Of a stretch of DNA of 56,310 nucleotides, positions 36,038 through 43,735 are shown in pieces; the first letter of the stretch is position 1, and each line of letters begins with the position of its first letter. Made by a program: the position numbers and the translations under genes. The stretch spans positions 1 to 56,310 of the forward strand of contig CAZPAS010000001.1 in the NCBI GenBank assembly GCA_964584575.1, read 5' to 3'. The DNA comes from an uncultured Dehalococcoidaceae bacterium (lineage in GTDB: Bacteria; Chloroflexota; Dehalococcoidia; Dehalococcoidales; RBG-16-60-22). The notes under the pieces were generated by a model. It worked only from the letters and a program-made list of their open reading frames with translations. It did not search any database and was not told the DNA's origin.

Positions 36038-36685
36038 ATGTTTAAGGTAAGATGCAAGCTGGTGGAATTCGTGGCTGACGCGGAAAAATACCCCTGCCAC
36101 TTTCACTATAAAATCGGCGACGAGTTTTATTACGACGGCGTGAACTTCACCGGCAGGGTTTGCCCGGGACTGCTCGCCTCCATGATGCCCGTCGTTCACG
36201 GCGTTTTCCTGCTCGGCAACAAATACTCGGAGAACATTATGTATCTGTACCGCGGGCATGACGCCATCGACCCTTCCATGGCTAAATACGACGGAGCGGG
36301 ATTCCGTCCCCTGCCGCCTGAAGACGATATCCCGAAGAGCCGGAGCGGCCGGGCAAAGGGGGGACACTTCGTCTGCGGGGATACCCGCACGCTCGCCCAC
36401 TTCATCTGCGAGGCGGTGGACTTGAGTGACAGCGACTACGCCCAGCCTTTCTACCGGAGAGAGATTGCCATTCTGGAGAAAGTGGAAAAAGAGCCCGGCA
36501 TTAAAATCGACGAGATACTCAACCGTTTTACCGACTTTGAAAAGGATAAGATTTCACCGCCCCTGACTCCGGTATTGCTGGAAATCCTCATGGAGGCCCT
36601 GACCGACATGGGTTACATAGATATCCGCGAAGGCATGGCGTACGCCACCGGTAAAGAGCCGCCGAGTCGACCGGAAATCGGTTAA
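36038..36685 (+). CDS. TIGR04076-like domain protein with C-terminal winged-helix-like extension
   Basis: The N-terminus MFKVRCKLVEFVADAEKYPCHFHYKIGDEFYYDG...GRVCPGLLASMMP recalls the TIGR04076 family. The C-terminal ~100 aa (ILEKVEKEPGIKIDEILNRF...LMEALTDMGYIDIREG) look wHTH-like. AAAGGTGG Shine-Dalgarno precedes ATG 36038. Confidence 0.5.
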   Translation: MFKVRCKLVEFVADAEKYPCHFHYKIGDEFYYDGVNFTGRVCPGLLASMMPVVHGVFLLGNKYSENIMYLYRGHDAIDPSMAKYDGAGFRPLPPEDDIPKSRSGRAKGGHFVCGDTRTLAHFICEAVDLSDSDYAQPFYRREIAILEKVEKEPGIKIDEILNRFTDFEKDKISPPLTPVLLEILMEALTDMGYIDIREGMAYATGKEPPSRPEIG

Positions 36686-36710
36686 TCGTCAATGCGCCGG
36701 GTTGTTACAC

Positions 36711-37793
36711 TCATGCGGGAACATCAACCATTAAAGTCGTTCCCTTGTCCGGCGCCGTATCGATTTCTATACTGCCGCCCAGCAGCCAGACGCGTTCCTG
36801 CATCCCCATGAGTCCCAGCTGCCCGATGCGGGGGAGGTCGTCCATGCTGCCCTGCAACTCAAACCCCACGCCGTTATCACTCACGGTCAGCTTTATCCTG
36901 TGGTCGGAAAATTCCGCCGTCACCCTCACCTCGGTTGCCTGGGCGTGCTTGCTGACATTGCTGAGCGCCTCCTGAACGATGCGGAACAACGATAGTTCAA
37001 TCTCGCCCGTAAAGCGCCTCTCCTCGCCTATTACCTCAAACTGCGCCAGGGTACCATCGCTTTTCTCGAGGTTGTTCGTCAGCGACCGCAGCGCCGGTAT
37101 CAGGCCGAGGTCATCCACCAGCGACGGTCGTAAATTCTGGATAAAGCCGCTTAAAGATTGCATCCCCTGGTTGAGAACGGACTGGATGTCCTGTAACGCC
37201 GAAGTATCTTCCTGTCCGAAGGTATGTTCTTTCCTGAGCAGATTGTCCAGTTTGCGTGAAAGCGAACCCAGAATCTGTGCCATGTCATCGTGGAGCTCGC
37301 GCGCGATGTACTTGCGTTCTTCCTCCTGCGCCCGGGTTATCTGCTGGAAATAGAAACGCAGGTTGTTTTCCAGCCTTTTCCTCTCGCTGATATCCTCCAC
37401 GGTCTCTATCGCGCCGATTATCTCTCCCTCGTCGTCTTTAATCGGGCTAGCCGTAAAGTGGAGCCATTTGCCCTCGCTGGAGAGGTCCGGGAAAAAATCT
37501 TCCGCTTCGTACGCGCCATCGATAAGGGCAGACTTTTTACACTTGTCCCGGTAATATACCTCGATTTCTTCGTCGGATGCGCCGCTCACAATTAAGTCCG
37601 CCATGCAGGGTCTTTCCTCGCTGTAGAACGCCCGCCAGTGGTCTTTCCCCCCGATAATATCCTCTCTCTTCTTTGAGGAGAGTGCCTCGATGGCGCTGTT
37701 CCAATGGGTTACCACGTGGTCCCTGTTGATGACGAAGGAAGGAATAGCCGAGCCGTCGATGATTTTTGAAAGCGTTTTCGAACTCAGTGGCAT
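36711..37793 (-). CDS. PAS-domain sensor histidine kinase (HisKA_3 / NarX-DegS type, cytoplasmic)
   Basis: PAS region; H-box ELHDDMAQILGSL; HATPase motifs (NVSKHA, DNGVGF, GLMGMQER); no TM helix. Confidence 0.85.
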   Translation of the reverse strand: MPLSSKTLSKIIDGSAIPSFVINRDHVVTHWNSAIEALSSKKREDIIGGKDHWRAFYSEERPCMADLIVSGASDEEIEVYYRDKCKKSALIDGAYEAEDFFPDLSSEGKWLHFTASPIKDDEGEIIGAIETVEDISERKRLENNLRFYFQQITRAQEEERKYIARELHDDMAQILGSLSRKLDNLLRKEHTFGQEDTSALQDIQSVLNQGMQSLSGFIQNLRPSLVDDLGLIPALRSLTNNLEKSDGTLAQFEVIGEERRFTGEIELSLFRIVQEALSNVSKHAQATEVRVTAEFSDHRIKLTVSDNGVGFELQGSMDDLPRIGQLGLMGMQERVWLLGGSIEIDTAPDKGTTLMVDVPA

Positions 37794-37824
37794 ATCAGTA
37801 CTTACCAGCTAACAATTAGATGAG

Positions 37825-38490
37825 TTATACCAGTTCTTCCAGGGTAAACCAGCCCTTTTTCAGGCCGTAGAGGACCGCCTCGGTGCGCGAGCCGACCCCC
37901 AGCTTGTTGAAGATATCCCTCAAATGACCTTCTATGGTGCGGTAGCTCAGGTGCAGACGGTCGGCGATATCCTTGTTGGTCAGCCCCTTCGCCGCCAGCC
38001 TGATGATATCAAGTTCCCGGTCGCTGAGGTGCTCGGAATCGTTCTCCATCGTTGGCACCTTGTCCGAGAGCTTGAAGTAGTTCATCACCTTCCTGGCGAT
38101 GGTTGGCGCGAGGACGGGCTCGCCGTTATGGATGGCTTTGACGGCGCGCACCAGTTCGTTGCCGCTGACACTTTTTAGCAGATATCCGGCCGCCCCGGCT
38201 TTGAGCAGCGCAAAAACATACTCGTCGTCGTCGTAAGCGCTGAGTATCAGCACGCCGGTACGGGGATTGGTCACCTTGATTTGCCGGGTAGCCTCGATGC
38301 CGTTAAGCTTGGGCATGGCGATGTCCATGATTACCACGTCCGGCTTAAGCTCGTTTACCAGCTCCACCACTTCTTCGCCGTTGGCGCCCTCGCCGACTAT
38401 CGTAAAACCTTTTTCGTCCTCCAGCAGGCGGCGTATGCCCTGGCGCGTTATCAGATGGTCTTCTCCCAGGATGATGCTTATCTCGCCCAT
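37825..38490 (-). CDS. NarL/LuxR-family response regulator
   Basis: Receiver motifs (VIMDIAMPKLNG, LLKS) plus C-terminal LuxR HTH (LSDRELDIIRLAAKGLTNKDIADRLHLSYRTIEGHL). Confidence 0.9.
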   Translation of the reverse strand: MGEISIILGEDHLITRQGIRRLLEDEKGFTIVGEGANGEEVVELVNELKPDVVIMDIAMPKLNGIEATRQIKVTNPRTGVLILSAYDDDEYVFALLKAGAAGYLLKSVSGNELVRAVKAIHNGEPVLAPTIARKVMNYFKLSDKVPTMENDSEHLSDRELDIIRLAAKGLTNKDIADRLHLSYRTIEGHLRDIFNKLGVGSRTEAVLYGLKKGWFTLEELV

Positions 38491-38556
38491 ATACTAACCC
38501 CCTCTTACATAATATCAGACAAAATACCCTTACTCAAGTACGTGTTTGCCTGTTTT

Positions 38557-38672
38557 ATATACGCGTATGACTGCAATCTGCCAGCCGTCATATACACCTG
38601 CCCGTACAGGTGTTTTCACCCTTCACACAGCGGAATATACCCTCCGAATCAGGTGTTTCTTGCAGCATATAC
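38557..38672. promoter_or_regulatory. Four ATATAC motifs, a 10-bp palindrome and a stem-loop in the divergent response regulator / nuoE-like control region
   Basis: ATATAC occurs at 38557, 38590, 38635 and 38667. The palindrome ATACGCGTAT is at 38559-38568. The hairpin ACACCTG-cccgta-CAGGTGT (38594-38613) is followed by TTT, and CAGGTGTTT is repeated at about 38650. Confidence 0.3.
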
Positions 38673-38742
38673 AGGCGCAATAACGGGCGATACAAACCCT
38701 CGATTGGTATTACCCTTAAAGTAGGAAGGTCAAACAGGAGGT

Positions 38743-39246
38743 ATGCAAGTGGACACTGCACTGGATTTCGACACGATTCGCACGATAATCGAAAACAACG
38801 CCAGTAAGATTGAGGCGCTGATTGAAAGCTATACCGATAAGAAGGAACAGCTGATATCCCTGTTGCAGGATATCCAGGCAGAATACAATTATATACCCCA
38901 GGATGTCCTGATTAAAATCAGTCAGAAACTGGACATCCCCCTCAGCCAGGTATTCAGCGTAGCAACGTTCTTCCAGGCTTTCAGCCTCAAGCCGAGGGGA
39001 CGCCACACCATCACCATTTGCCTGGGTACGGCATGCCACGTGAAGGGCGGCCAGAGACTCGTCGATAAGATGGCGCGGGACTTCAAACTCCAGCCCGGCG
39101 AGACCACGGAAGACGAGAGGTTCACCCTGGAGACCGCCAACTGCCTGGGGTGCTGCGCCCTCGGCCCGGTGGTCGTCATCGACGGGAAATACGAAGGCCA
39201 GGTAAATCCGGGAAAGCTCGATAAAATCCTGAAAAATTACGAATAG
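38743..39246 (+). CDS. NuoE/HoxE/HydC-like [2Fe-2S] thioredoxin-fold subunit
   Basis: ITICLGTACHVKG ... CLGCCALGPVV four-Cys pattern; AGGAGG Shine-Dalgarno. Confidence 0.9.
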   Translation: MQVDTALDFDTIRTIIENNASKIEALIESYTDKKEQLISLLQDIQAEYNYIPQDVLIKISQKLDIPLSQVFSVATFFQAFSLKPRGRHTITICLGTACHVKGGQRLVDKMARDFKLQPGETTEDERFTLETANCLGCCALGPVVVIDGKYEGQVNPGKLDKILKNYE

Positions 39247-39266
39247 GCAAAGATGGGGGTTGAAAA

Positions 39267-41147
39267 ATGGTAGAGCAGGTAAAGAAATTACTGGACAGAA
39301 AACTCAAAAGCGTTAAGGAACTCGAGCAACTCCGTCAGTCTTTAACGAGCAAAAAGGACACCGCCCGCACCACCGTATCCGTGTGCGGCGGCACCGGCTG
39401 CCGCGCCTCCGGCGCTGAAGCGGTCGTCGAGGCTTTTGCGGAAGAAATAGAAAAACGGGAACTCCAGGTAACCGTGGAGTTCAAGGAAACGGGATGTCAC
39501 GGCTTCTGCGAGCGCGGCCCCGTCGTCGTCATCGGCCCCAAGAAAATATTTTACCAGCACGTCAAACCGGAGGATGTCCCGGAAATCATCAACGACACGG
39601 TCCTCCAGGACAAGGTAATCGAGCGACTGTGCTACACCGATGCCGCGACTAACCAGACAATCACCTACGAAGCGGACGTTCCCTTCTACAACCGGCAGAC
39701 CCGCCACATCCTGGGAGCCAACGGTGAGATAGACCCCACCGATATCGAGCAGTACATCGCCGCGGGCGGTTACGCCGCCCTGAGCAAGGCGCTGTTCGAG
39801 ATGAACCCGGATAAAATCGTCAACGAAGTCACTAAAGCCGGTCTGCGGGGCAGGGGCGGCGGCGGCTTCCCCACCGGTCGCAAATGGCAGTCCTGCCGCA
39901 CCTCCGAAAATGAGGTCAAGTACGTACTCTGTAACGCCGACGAAGGCGACCCCGGAGCGTACCAGGACCGCAGTATCCTCGAAGGAAATCCCCACAGCGT
40001 CATCGAGGGCATGATAATCGGCGCCTTCGCCATCGGCGCCCGCCAGGGTTTCATCTACGTGCGCAACGAGTACCCCCTCGCCGTAGAGCACACGCGGATA
40101 GCCCTGGAACAGGCGATGGACTACGGTTTCCTCGGCGAGAACATCCTCGGTTCCGGTTTTAATTTCAAGGTAACCATTAATAAGGGGGGAGGCGCCTTCG
40201 TCTGCGGCGAATCGAGCGCCCTGATAGCCTCCCTGGAAGGTAAGATAGGCGAACCCAAGTCCAAGTACACCCACATGTCCGAGAAGGGACTCTGGGACAA
40301 GCCCAGCCTGCTGAACAATGTCAAGACCTGGGCTAATATACCGCTGATAATCAATAAAGGCGCCGACTGGTATTCAAAAATCGGCACCGAAGGCAGCAAG
40401 GGCACCATGATATTCTCACTGGTCGGCAAGATTAACAACTCCGGCCTGGTGGAAGTGCCCATGGGCATCACGCTGCGCGAGATGATTTACGACATCGGCG
40501 GCGGTATCCCCAACGGCAAGAAATTCAAGGCGGTGCAGACCGGAGGTCCTTCCGGCGGCTGCATCCCCGAGGAGTTCCTCGATACGCCGGTGGACTTCGA
40601 CGAGCTGACCAAGCTCGGCTCGATGATGGGCTCCGGCGGCATGATTGTCATGGACGAGGACAACTGCATGGTGGACGTCGCCCGCTACTTCATCGACTTC
40701 CTCAAGGGAGAGTCCTGCGGCAAGTGCGTACCCTGTCGGGAAGGTCTTGCCAAGATGAGCGACATCCTCAACCGGATTACCCACGGCCAGGGCAAGCCGG
40801 AAGACCTGGATACGATGATGGACCTGGCGGACATCCTAAGCACCGGCGCCCTCTGCGCGCTGGGACGCACCGCCGCCAATCCCGTTATCAGCACCCTTAA
40901 GTACTTCAAAGACGAGTACCTGGCCCATATCAACGATAAGAAATGCCCGGCGGGCGTCTGCCACGAGCTTATCACCTACAGCATAGACGCCGAGAAATGT
41001 ACCGGCTGCGGTGCCTGCGCCCGGGCCTGCTCAACCAACGCTATCAGCGGAGAGAAGAAAGAACCCCACGTTATCAATCAGGGTATGTGCATCAAATGCG
41101 GAGTCTGCTATGACTCCTGTAAGTTCGGAGCGGTAATAAAACAGTAG
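39267..41147 (+). CDS. NuoF/HydB-like NAD(H)- and FMN-binding flavoprotein subunit with N-terminal [2Fe-2S] domain and C-terminal 2x[4Fe-4S] ferredoxin domain
   Basis: GLRGRGGGGFPTGRKW (FMN/NADH site); ESCGKCVPCREG; N-terminal CGGTGC...CHGFCERGP; C-terminal CTGCGACARAC ... CIKCGVCYDSC. Confidence 0.9.
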   Translation: MVEQVKKLLDRKLKSVKELEQLRQSLTSKKDTARTTVSVCGGTGCRASGAEAVVEAFAEEIEKRELQVTVEFKETGCHGFCERGPVVVIGPKKIFYQHVKPEDVPEIINDTVLQDKVIERLCYTDAATNQTITYEADVPFYNRQTRHILGANGEIDPTDIEQYIAAGGYAALSKALFEMNPDKIVNEVTKAGLRGRGGGGFPTGRKWQSCRTSENEVKYVLCNADEGDPGAYQDRSILEGNPHSVIEGMIIGAFAIGARQGFIYVRNEYPLAVEHTRIALEQAMDYGFLGENILGSGFNFKVTINKGGGAFVCGESSALIASLEGKIGEPKSKYTHMSEKGLWDKPSLLNNVKTWANIPLIINKGADWYSKIGTEGSKGTMIFSLVGKINNSGLVEVPMGITLREMIYDIGGGIPNGKKFKAVQTGGPSGGCIPEEFLDTPVDFDELTKLGSMMGSGGMIVMDEDNCMVDVARYFIDFLKGESCGKCVPCREGLAKMSDILNRITHGQGKPEDLDTMMDLADILSTGALCALGRTAANPVISTLKYFKDEYLAHINDKKCPAGVCHELITYSIDAEKCTGCGACARACSTNAISGEKKEPHVINQGMCIKCGVCYDSCKFGAVIKQ

Positions 41148-41160
41148 AAGGAGGCTGAAG

Positions 41161-41883
41161 ATGACTAAATATTGGATTAGTGGTGAACAAGCGGTCGAAA
41201 TAACGGCAGCGGAAGACAATAATGCCGTGCATCTTACCGTCGATGATAAAGATATCTGCGTATCCGGCGGCCAAACAATACTGGAGGCGGTGCAGCGTAT
41301 GTCCGGCATCGGCGACATCCCGGCTTTATGCTACCATCCCGCCGTTAAACCTTACGGCGCCTGCCGGCTGTGTACGGTAGAGGTAAGCGAGGACGGAGGC
41401 AAGAACTTCAGGTTCGTCGCCGCCTGCCTTTACCCGGTCAAGGAAGGTCTCATCGTCAAGACCAGTACCGAGAAGGTTAAAAAGCTGCGCAAGGGAATCA
41501 TCGAGCTGTTGCTGGCGAGATGCCCTTCGGCCAGAGTGGTACAGGACCTCGCCGAGGAGTACGGAGTGGAAAAACCCCGGTTCACCGCGGGCGACCATGA
41601 CTGTATTCTCTGCGGCCTGTGCGTCAGGGCATGCCAGGAGATAATCGGCCAATCGGCAATAAGTCTGGTGAACCGCGGCATCTACAAGGAAGTTGCTGCC
41701 CCCTTCTACGCTTATGAACTTGGTGAGGGATGTATCGGCTGCGGCGATTGCGCCTTCGTGTGCCCCACCGGCGCGATTACCATGGGCGAAAACGGCAAGC
41801 CGGTCCTGCCCAGGGTTAAGATACCTTACGCGGAAATCGGCGCCATGATGTCGGAAGAAAAAGCCTCCACATCCAAAGGCTAA
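41161..41883 (+). CDS. NuoG/HydA N-terminal-like iron-sulfur protein ([2Fe-2S] plus [4Fe-4S] clusters only, no catalytic domain)
   Basis: CYHPAVKPYGACRLCTVEV ([2Fe-2S]); CILCGLCVRAC and CIGCGDCAFVCP ([4Fe-4S]). It ends at 240 aa and is followed by a strong terminator. Confidence 0.8.
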   Translation: MTKYWISGEQAVEITAAEDNNAVHLTVDDKDICVSGGQTILEAVQRMSGIGDIPALCYHPAVKPYGACRLCTVEVSEDGGKNFRFVAACLYPVKEGLIVKTSTEKVKKLRKGIIELLLARCPSARVVQDLAEEYGVEKPRFTAGDHDCILCGLCVRACQEIIGQSAISLVNRGIYKEVAAPFYAYELGEGCIGCGDCAFVCPTGAITMGENGKPVLPRVKIPYAEIGAMMSEEKASTSKG

Positions 41884-41908
41884 ATTAAAACGGAATACCA
41901 GTAAAGAG

Positions 41909-41938
41909 AAGGCACGGCCTTAATGGCCGTGCCTTTTT
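41909..41938 (+). terminator. Rho-independent terminator after the nuoEFG'-like operon
   Basis: GGCACGGCC-ttaat-GGCCGTGCC, a perfect 9-bp GC-rich stem (41911-41919 / 41925-41933), followed by TTTTT. Confidence 0.75.
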
Positions 41939-41955
41939 CAATCTCATTTCCATTC

Positions 41956-41984
41956 TTGTTTATATGTAGCGAGAAGACTATAAT
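41956..41984 (+). promoter_or_regulatory. Sigma70-like promoter candidate (TTGTTT-17-TATAAT) for the glcG-like gene
   Basis: TTGTTT at 41956-41961 and TATAAT at 41979-41984 with a 17-nt spacer; a GGAGGTAAGGAAG Shine-Dalgarno region precedes ATG 42046. Confidence 0.45.
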
Positions 41985-42045
41985 TAGCTGTGCCGGTCAA
42001 TATTTTACGAGTAGAAGCACAACTTAATGTACGGAGGTAAGGAAG

Positions 42046-42522
42046 ATGTATGATAAAAAAGTTCTCGGACTGGACGAATGTCTGAAGACCGTGGAAGCCA
42101 TGGTTGCTGAAAATAAAAGGCAGGGCGGTTTACCAATCGCGATTGCCATAGTAGATGAACACGGCGACCTTCTCTGCTACGCCAAGATGGACTCGGTTCC
42201 CAGGGCCCCCGGCGAGGTCCAGGGCTATGTGGACAGCGGCGGCTACATGGCAATCAAGAAGGCATTAACGTCGGCACACTTCAGGGGAGACGCTAAAAAA
42301 CTGTCCGAAATGATGACCAAGATGAACCGGAATATCGCGGTTGACTTTGACGCCAGGTACGTAGCCCTCTCGAACGGCGGGGCGGCCGCTATCGTGAAGC
42401 CGGGCGAGAAAACCGTATACGGCGCCATCGGGGTCGGCGGTCGTGTGCCGGGGGAGGGCGATGAGGAGATGGCGCAGTACGGCTTAAAGGTTATGCAGGA
42501 CATCCTCTGGCCGTCTAAATAG
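42046..42522 (+). CDS. GlcG/HbpS-like (DUF336) haem-binding family protein
   Basis: IAIAIVDEHGDLLCYAKMD ... GAIGVGG motifs; 158 aa. Confidence 0.8.
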   Translation: MYDKKVLGLDECLKTVEAMVAENKRQGGLPIAIAIVDEHGDLLCYAKMDSVPRAPGEVQGYVDSGGYMAIKKALTSAHFRGDAKKLSEMMTKMNRNIAVDFDARYVALSNGGAAAIVKPGEKTVYGAIGVGGRVPGEGDEEMAQYGLKVMQDILWPSK

Positions 42523-42547
42523 GCAATCAAGCCCGGCTGATGTCCCT

Positions 42548-43435
42548 CTACTCGTGCTCAGTCGGGAGGAACTGTTTTTCACTGAGGAACCGGACTACGG
42601 TTTTGGCTATCTTATTCGGGTCGCCTTCGAGCATATCGCTCTGCTTCTGGGTAACGCCTCCGGATATAACGAGGCGTAATCGTTCCTCCGCAGAAAGATG
42701 GGAGTCCGGTGTGAAAATTTTTTTGGGTCGCGGCTTTGGATAAGAGAGTCCCGTGGTCACGGTTCTGGAACCTTCGGAGCCGACCTCCCCGTAAGAGAGC
42801 CCGAGTGCTTCCCGGTTACACTCCGTGATATCCTTTCTAAGCCCTGCCATCAGCGACGGCAGGCTGGGATACCGCGGCTCGTTAAGGTCAAGCTCCACCG
42901 TGAATAACGCCGGGAGAGAGACCTCTATTCGGGCCCGGTTGCCTTTCTCAAGTTTGCTTTCTATATCGGCTTTCCCAGCATCGGGAGAAATATCAATTTT
43001 TACGACTCTCGATACTAACGGTATATCGAGCTTTTCCGCGATGACGCTGCCGACCTGCCCGGCCTCGGTATCGATAGCCTTCTGCCCGCAGAGGATGAGG
43101 TCGTATTGACCGGAACTGATGTATTTGGCCAGTATTACCCCGGTAGCATAGCTATCTGCACTATCGAAATCTTTGTCCCAGAGGAGTACCGCCTCATCCG
43201 CGCCCAGAGCCAGACACTGGCCCAACAATCCCTTTACTGAAGGGGGCGCCATAGATATCAGGGTGACCCGGCTGTTCATGACCCTTTCCTTTATCCGCAC
43301 GGCTTCTTCAAGGGCGACCATGTCGCAGGGATTTACTATGTAGACGAGGTCATCGCCGTTAATCAGACCGGTATCCGGGTCCAGGGTAACAATACTGACA
43401 TCGGGCACCGGCTTGACACATACCGCAATGTTCAC
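42548..43435 (-). CDS. etfB: Electron transfer flavoprotein beta-subunit-like protein with C-terminal insertion (paralogue of 163-1053)
   Basis: GTG start with a GGAGGAG Shine-Dalgarno. Motifs are MNIAVCVKPVPD, VNPCDMVALEEAV and DTEAGQVGSVIAEKLDIPLVS. It shares the tail YPKPRPKK...MLEG with the first copy. Confidence 0.85.
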   Translation of the reverse strand: MNIAVCVKPVPDVSIVTLDPDTGLINGDDLVYIVNPCDMVALEEAVRIKERVMNSRVTLISMAPPSVKGLLGQCLALGADEAVLLWDKDFDSADSYATGVILAKYISSGQYDLILCGQKAIDTEAGQVGSVIAEKLDIPLVSRVVKIDISPDAGKADIESKLEKGNRARIEVSLPALFTVELDLNEPRYPSLPSLMAGLRKDITECNREALGLSYGEVGSEGSRTVTTGLSYPKPRPKKIFTPDSHLSAEERLRLVISGGVTQKQSDMLEGDPNKIAKTVVRFLSEKQFLPTEHE

Positions 43436-43465
43436 CAGGCTCCTCCGCGATTCATACTTCCGTTA

Positions 43466-43735
43466 TTAACCATAGCGCAAACATACCCCGAAACCACCCT
43501 GCGGGTAATTCCAATCGATAGCGCCTGCCTTGCAGGCGATGCGGCAGGCGCCGCATTCCACGCACCCCTGCCACGAAAATACCAGCCTGTCTTCCTCCAG
43601 CGTATAATTCTGCACCGGACAGACATAAAGGCAGGCTTTCTCCCGACAGGTATCGCATATGCCGGTATCCACCCTGATATGCGGCTCGTCATCGACATTG
43701 AATCTAATGGTGGCCAGTTTGTCCTCTATGGCCAT
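43466..43735 (-). CDS. fixX: FixX-type ferredoxin-like protein
   Basis: 89 aa; CDTCREKACLYVCP ... CVECGACRIAC; overlaps the fixC stop by 10 nt. Confidence 0.85.
   Translation of the reverse strand: MAIEDKLATIRFNVDDEPHIRVDTGICDTCREKACLYVCPVQNYTLEEDRLVFSWQGCVECGACRIACKAGAIDWNYPQGGFGVCLRYG

Noticed and set aside
18558-41883. Class II benzoyl-CoA reductase (BamB-I) locus, suggested by AOR-family genes plus NuoEFG-like genes.
   Set aside because: No heterodisulfide-reductase-like BamCDEF genes are present. The NuoEFG'-like operon is 9 kb from the AORs and is separately regulated and terminated. Most AOR features fit ordinary aldehyde oxidoreductases. Only a weak BamB-like possibility is kept, for paralogue 3.
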